Assembly: GCF_003334815.1 (NCBI RefSeq)
Contig: NZ_QOWO01000050.1
DNA from: Escherichia coli
GTDB taxonomy: Bacteria > Pseudomonadota > Gammaproteobacteria > Enterobacterales > Enterobacteriaceae
Length of the DNA stretch: 23,190 nucleotides
Direction: 5' to 3' (one strand)
Positions within the stretch are counted from its first letter, which is position 1. Each line of letters starts with the position of its first letter. Below, piece after piece: positions 20,036 through 23,190 of this stretch. The translations under genes were made by a program, and so were the position numbers. The notes below the pieces were generated by a model. The model was not told the origin of the DNA. It made no database searches and saw nothing but the letters and a program-made list of their open reading frames with translations.

Positions 20036-21703
20036 ATGATCCACGCCTTTATTAAAAAAGGGTGTTTTCAGGATTCGGTCAGTTTAATGATTATTTCACG
20101 AAAACTCAGCGAATCAGAAAATGTTGATGATGTTTCCGTAATGATGGGTACGCCCGCCAATAAAGCGTTATTAGATACCACAGGTTTCTGGCATGACGAT
20201 TTTAATAACGCCACGCCGAACGATATTTGCGTGGCAATTCGTAGCGAAGCGGCGGATGCGGGGATCGCGCAGGCGATTATGCAGCAGCTTGAAGAGGCGC
20301 TAAAACAACTGGCGCAGGGGTCAGGCAGCAGCCAGGCGTTGACGCAGGTGCGTCGCTGGGACAGTGCCTGTCAGAAATTACCCGACGCCAGTCTGGCGCT
20401 GATTTCAGTGGCTGGCGAGTATGCGGCGGAGCTGGCGAACCAGGCGCTGGATCGCAACCTCAACGTGATGATGTTCTCCGATAACGTCACGCTGGAAGAT
20501 GAAATCCAACTTAAAAGCCGCGCGCGGGAAAAAGGCTTGCTGGTGATGGGGCCGGACTGCGGTACGTCGATGATTGCCGGCACGCCGCTGGCTTTTGCTA
20601 ACGTGATGCCGGAAGGCAATATTGGCGTCATTGGCGCTTCCGGTACCGGGATTCAGGAACTGTGTTCGCAGATTGCGCTGGCAGGGGAGGGAATTACTCA
20701 CGCGATTGGCCTTGGCGGGCGCGACCTCAGCCGTGAAGTGGGCGGCATCAGTGCGCTGACGGCGCTGGAAATGCTCAGTGCAGACGAGAAAAGCGAAGTG
20801 CTGGCATTTGTTTCAAAACCGCCTGCCGAAGCTGTGCGTCTGAAAATTGTTAATGCCATGAAAGCAACCGGCAAACCGACGGTGGCGCTGTTTTTAGGTT
20901 ATACCCCGGCGGTGGCCCGCGACGAGAATGTCTGGTTTGCCTCCTCGCTGGATGAGGCCGCACGCCTGGCTTGCCTGCTTTCACGCGTTACGGCGCGACG
21001 TAACGCGATAACGCCTGCCAGCAGCGGATTTATTTGCGGTTTGTATACCGGCGGTACCCTGGCTGCCGAAGCGGCGGGATTACTTGCTGGACACCTTGGC
21101 GTGGAAGCCGACGATACCCATCATCACGGCATGATGCTCGACGCCGATGGTCACCAGATTATTGACCTCGGCGATGATTTCTACACCGTCGGGCGTCCCC
21201 ATCCGATGATCGACCCAGCCTTACGCAATCAGTTAATTGCCGATCTCGGCGCTAAACCGCAAGTGCGCGTATTGCTGCTTGATGTCGTGATTGGCTTCGG
21301 TGTGACCGCCGATCCTGCCGCCTCGCTGGTAAGCGCCTGGCAAAAAGCCTGTGCTGCGCGTTCAGACAATCAACCACTGTATGCCATTGCCACGGTGACA
21401 GGCACTGAACGTGACCCGCAATGCCGCTCGCAGCAAATCGCCACGCTGGAAGATGCGGGGATCGCGGTAGTGAGTTCGCTGCCGGAAGCCACCTTGCTGG
21501 CGGCGGCACTGATTCGTCCGCTTTCGCCTGCCACTCAGCAACACACACCGTCATTACTGGAAAACGTCGCCGTGATTAACATCGGATTACGCAGCTTTGC
21601 GCTGGAGCTACAAAGCGCCAGCAAACCGGTTGTGCATTACCAATGGTCGCCAGTCGCCGGCGGCAATAAAAAACTGGCTCGTTTATTAGAACGTTTGCAA
21701 TAA
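20036..21703 (+). CDS. fdrA: FdrA protein (CoA-binding / succinyl-CoA-synthetase-alpha-like fold family), function unresolved
   Basis: 555-aa ORF with RBS AAGGAG; N-terminus MIHAFIKKGCFQDSVSLMIISRKL matches FdrA; first gene of the fdrA-ylbE-ylbF operon. Confidence 0.88.
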   Translation: MIHAFIKKGCFQDSVSLMIISRKLSESENVDDVSVMMGTPANKALLDTTGFWHDDFNNATPNDICVAIRSEAADAGIAQAIMQQLEEALKQLAQGSGSSQALTQVRRWDSACQKLPDASLALISVAGEYAAELANQALDRNLNVMMFSDNVTLEDEIQLKSRAREKGLLVMGPDCGTSMIAGTPLAFANVMPEGNIGVIGASGTGIQELCSQIALAGEGITHAIGLGGRDLSREVGGISALTALEMLSADEKSEVLAFVSKPPAEAVRLKIVNAMKATGKPTVALFLGYTPAVARDENVWFASSLDEAARLACLLSRVTARRNAITPASSGFICGLYTGGTLAAEAAGLLAGHLGVEADDTHHHGMMLDADGHQIIDLGDDFYTVGRPHPMIDPALRNQLIADLGAKPQVRVLLLDVVIGFGVTADPAASLVSAWQKACAARSDNQPLYAIATVTGTERDPQCRSQQIATLEDAGIAVVSSLPEATLLAAALIRPLSPATQQHTPSLLENVAVINIGLRSFALELQSASKPVVHYQWSPVAGGNKKLARLLERLQ

Positions 21704-21712
21704 GGGGTTCCC

Positions 21713-22972
21713 ATGTTTACATCAGTGGCGCAAGCCAATGCTGCGGTTATCGAACAAATTCGTCGCGCTCGTCCACACTGGCTGGATGTGCAACCGGCTT
21801 CTTCACTTATCAGCGAACTAAACCAGGGCAAAACACTGCTTCACGCCGGGCCGCCAATGCGCTGGCAGGAGATGACCGGACCTATGAAAGGGGCGTGCGT
21901 GGGCGCATGTCTGTTCGAAGGTTGGGCGAAAGATGAAGCGCAGGCGCTGGCAATACTGGAGCAGGGGGAAGTGAACTTCATTCCTTGTCACCATGTGAAT
22001 GCCGTCGGGCCAATGGGCGGTATTACTTCTGCCAGTATGCCGATGCTGGTGGTCGAGAACGTGACCGACGGCAACCGGGCGTACTGCAACCTCAACGAAG
22101 GTATCGGCAAAGTGATGCGTTTTGGCGCTTATGGCGAAGATGTCCTGACTCGCCATCGCTGGATGCGCGATGTGTTAATGCCAGTATTAAGCGCGGCGCT
22201 GGGGCGCATGGAGCACGGTATCGATCTCACGGCGATGATGGCGCAGGGCATTACCATGGGCGATGAGTTCCATCAACGCAATATTGCTTCCTCAGCACTG
22301 TTAATGCGTACGCTGGCCCCACAAATTGCTCGCCTCGATCATGATAAACAGCACATTGCGGAAGTGATGGATTTCCTCAGCGTGACCGATCAGTTCTTCC
22401 TCAACCTCGCGATGGCCTACTGCAAGGCGGCGATGGATGCTGGCGCGATGATCCGCGCAGGCAGCATCGTTACGGCTATGACCCGCAACGGCAATATGTT
22501 CGGGATTCGGGTAAGCGGGCTGGGTGAACGCTGGTTTACTGCGCCTGTAAACACTCCGCAAGGTCTGTTTTTCACCGGCTTCTCGCAGGAGCAGGCGAAC
22601 CCGGATATGGGCGATAGCGCGATTACCGAAACCTTTGGTATCGGAGGTGCGGCAATGATCGCAGCGCCTGGCGTAACGCGCTTTGTCGGTGCGGGTGGCA
22701 TGGAAGCGGCCAGGGCGGTATCTGAAGAGATGGCGGAAATTTACCTTGAACGCAATATGCAGTTGCAGATCCCAAGCTGGGATTTTCAGGGCGCCTGCCT
22801 GGGACTGGACATTCGTCGCGTGGTAGAAACCGGTATTACGCCACTCATCAATACCGGTATCGCCCATAAAGAGGCGGGGATCGGGCAGATTGGCGCAGGC
22901 ACCGTGCGGGCACCGCTGGCGTGTTTTGAACAGGCGCTGGAAGCACTGGCTGAAAGCATGGGGATTGGTTGA
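21713..22972 (+). CDS. ylbE: DUF1116-family protein YlbE, intact 419 aa
   Basis: ORF starts 10 nt after the fdrA stop with RBS AAGGGG; continuous 419-aa frame with no frameshift in this window. Confidence 0.85.
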
Positions 22973-22982
22973 GGAACGCACA

Positions 22983-23135
22983 ATGACGATCATCCATCCT
23001 CTGCTTGCCAGTAGTAGCGCACCGAATTATCGCCAGTCCTGGCGGTTAGCGGGAGTGTGGCGACGGGCGATTAACCTGATGACGGAAAGCGGCGAACTGT
23101 TAACGCTGCATCGGGTGATGCTGCCAACTTACTGA
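22983..23135 (+). pseudogene. ylbF: ylbF 5' fragment (carbamoyltransferase-like protein of the fdrA operon) disrupted by an IS1 insertion after about 44 codons
   Basis: ATG at 22983 with RBS GAGGAA 11 nt after the ylbE stop. Native-looking N-terminus [43 protein letters not shown], then the frame runs into IS1 sequence and terminates at TGA 23133-23135 inside the IS1 inverted repeat. Confidence 0.6.
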
Positions 23136-23190
23136 TTTAGCGTATGATGGTGTTTTTGAGGTGCTCCAGTGGCTTCTGTTTCTATCAGCT
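23114..23190 (+). mobile_element. insA: IS1 left end (terminal inverted repeat plus the start of insA); element continues beyond the window
   Basis: Sequence GGTGATGCTGCCAACTTACTGATTTAG(C)GTATGATGGTGTTTTTGAGGTGCTCCAGTGGCTTCTGTTTCTATCAGCT matches the IS1 left end as I recall it, with one mismatch. GTGGCTTCTGTTTCTATCAGC at ~23169 encodes MASVSIS, the InsA N-terminus. Confidence 0.8.

Overview
The window reads as an Escherichia/Shigella-type chromosomal segment with three parts, and I do not see a convincing previously undescribed system in it. (1) Positions 1-3430 are the 3' end of an Rhs polymorphic-toxin element: the C-terminal end of an rhsD-like gene with an AT-rich toxin tip, a small putative immunity gene (ybbC-like), an orphan Rhs tip module (ylbH-like) with its own small membrane-protein partner (ybbD-like), a decayed AT-rich stretch, and a truncated IS481-like transposase fragment (ylbG-like). 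(2) Positions 3488-22972 are conserved core genes: mnmH/selU and the complete allantoin/glyoxylate regulon (allS, allA, allR, gcl-hyi-glxR-ybbW-allB-ybbY-glxK, convergent allE-allC-allD, then fdrA-ylbE). (3) From about 23114 to the window end is the left end of an IS1 element inserted about 44 codons into ylbF. The most interesting items are the orphan Rhs toxin/immunity module flanked by a ~280-bp direct repeat, the IS1 disruption of the fdrA-ylbE-ylbF operon, and conserved operator-like palindromes in the allantoin promoters. All identifications rest on reading the supplied ORF translations, recognisable motifs and recollection of these protein families; no database search was possible. Coordinates I derived by hand may be off by 1-2 nt; CDS ends follow the ORF track. 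No tRNA, rRNA or CRISPR array was recognised.
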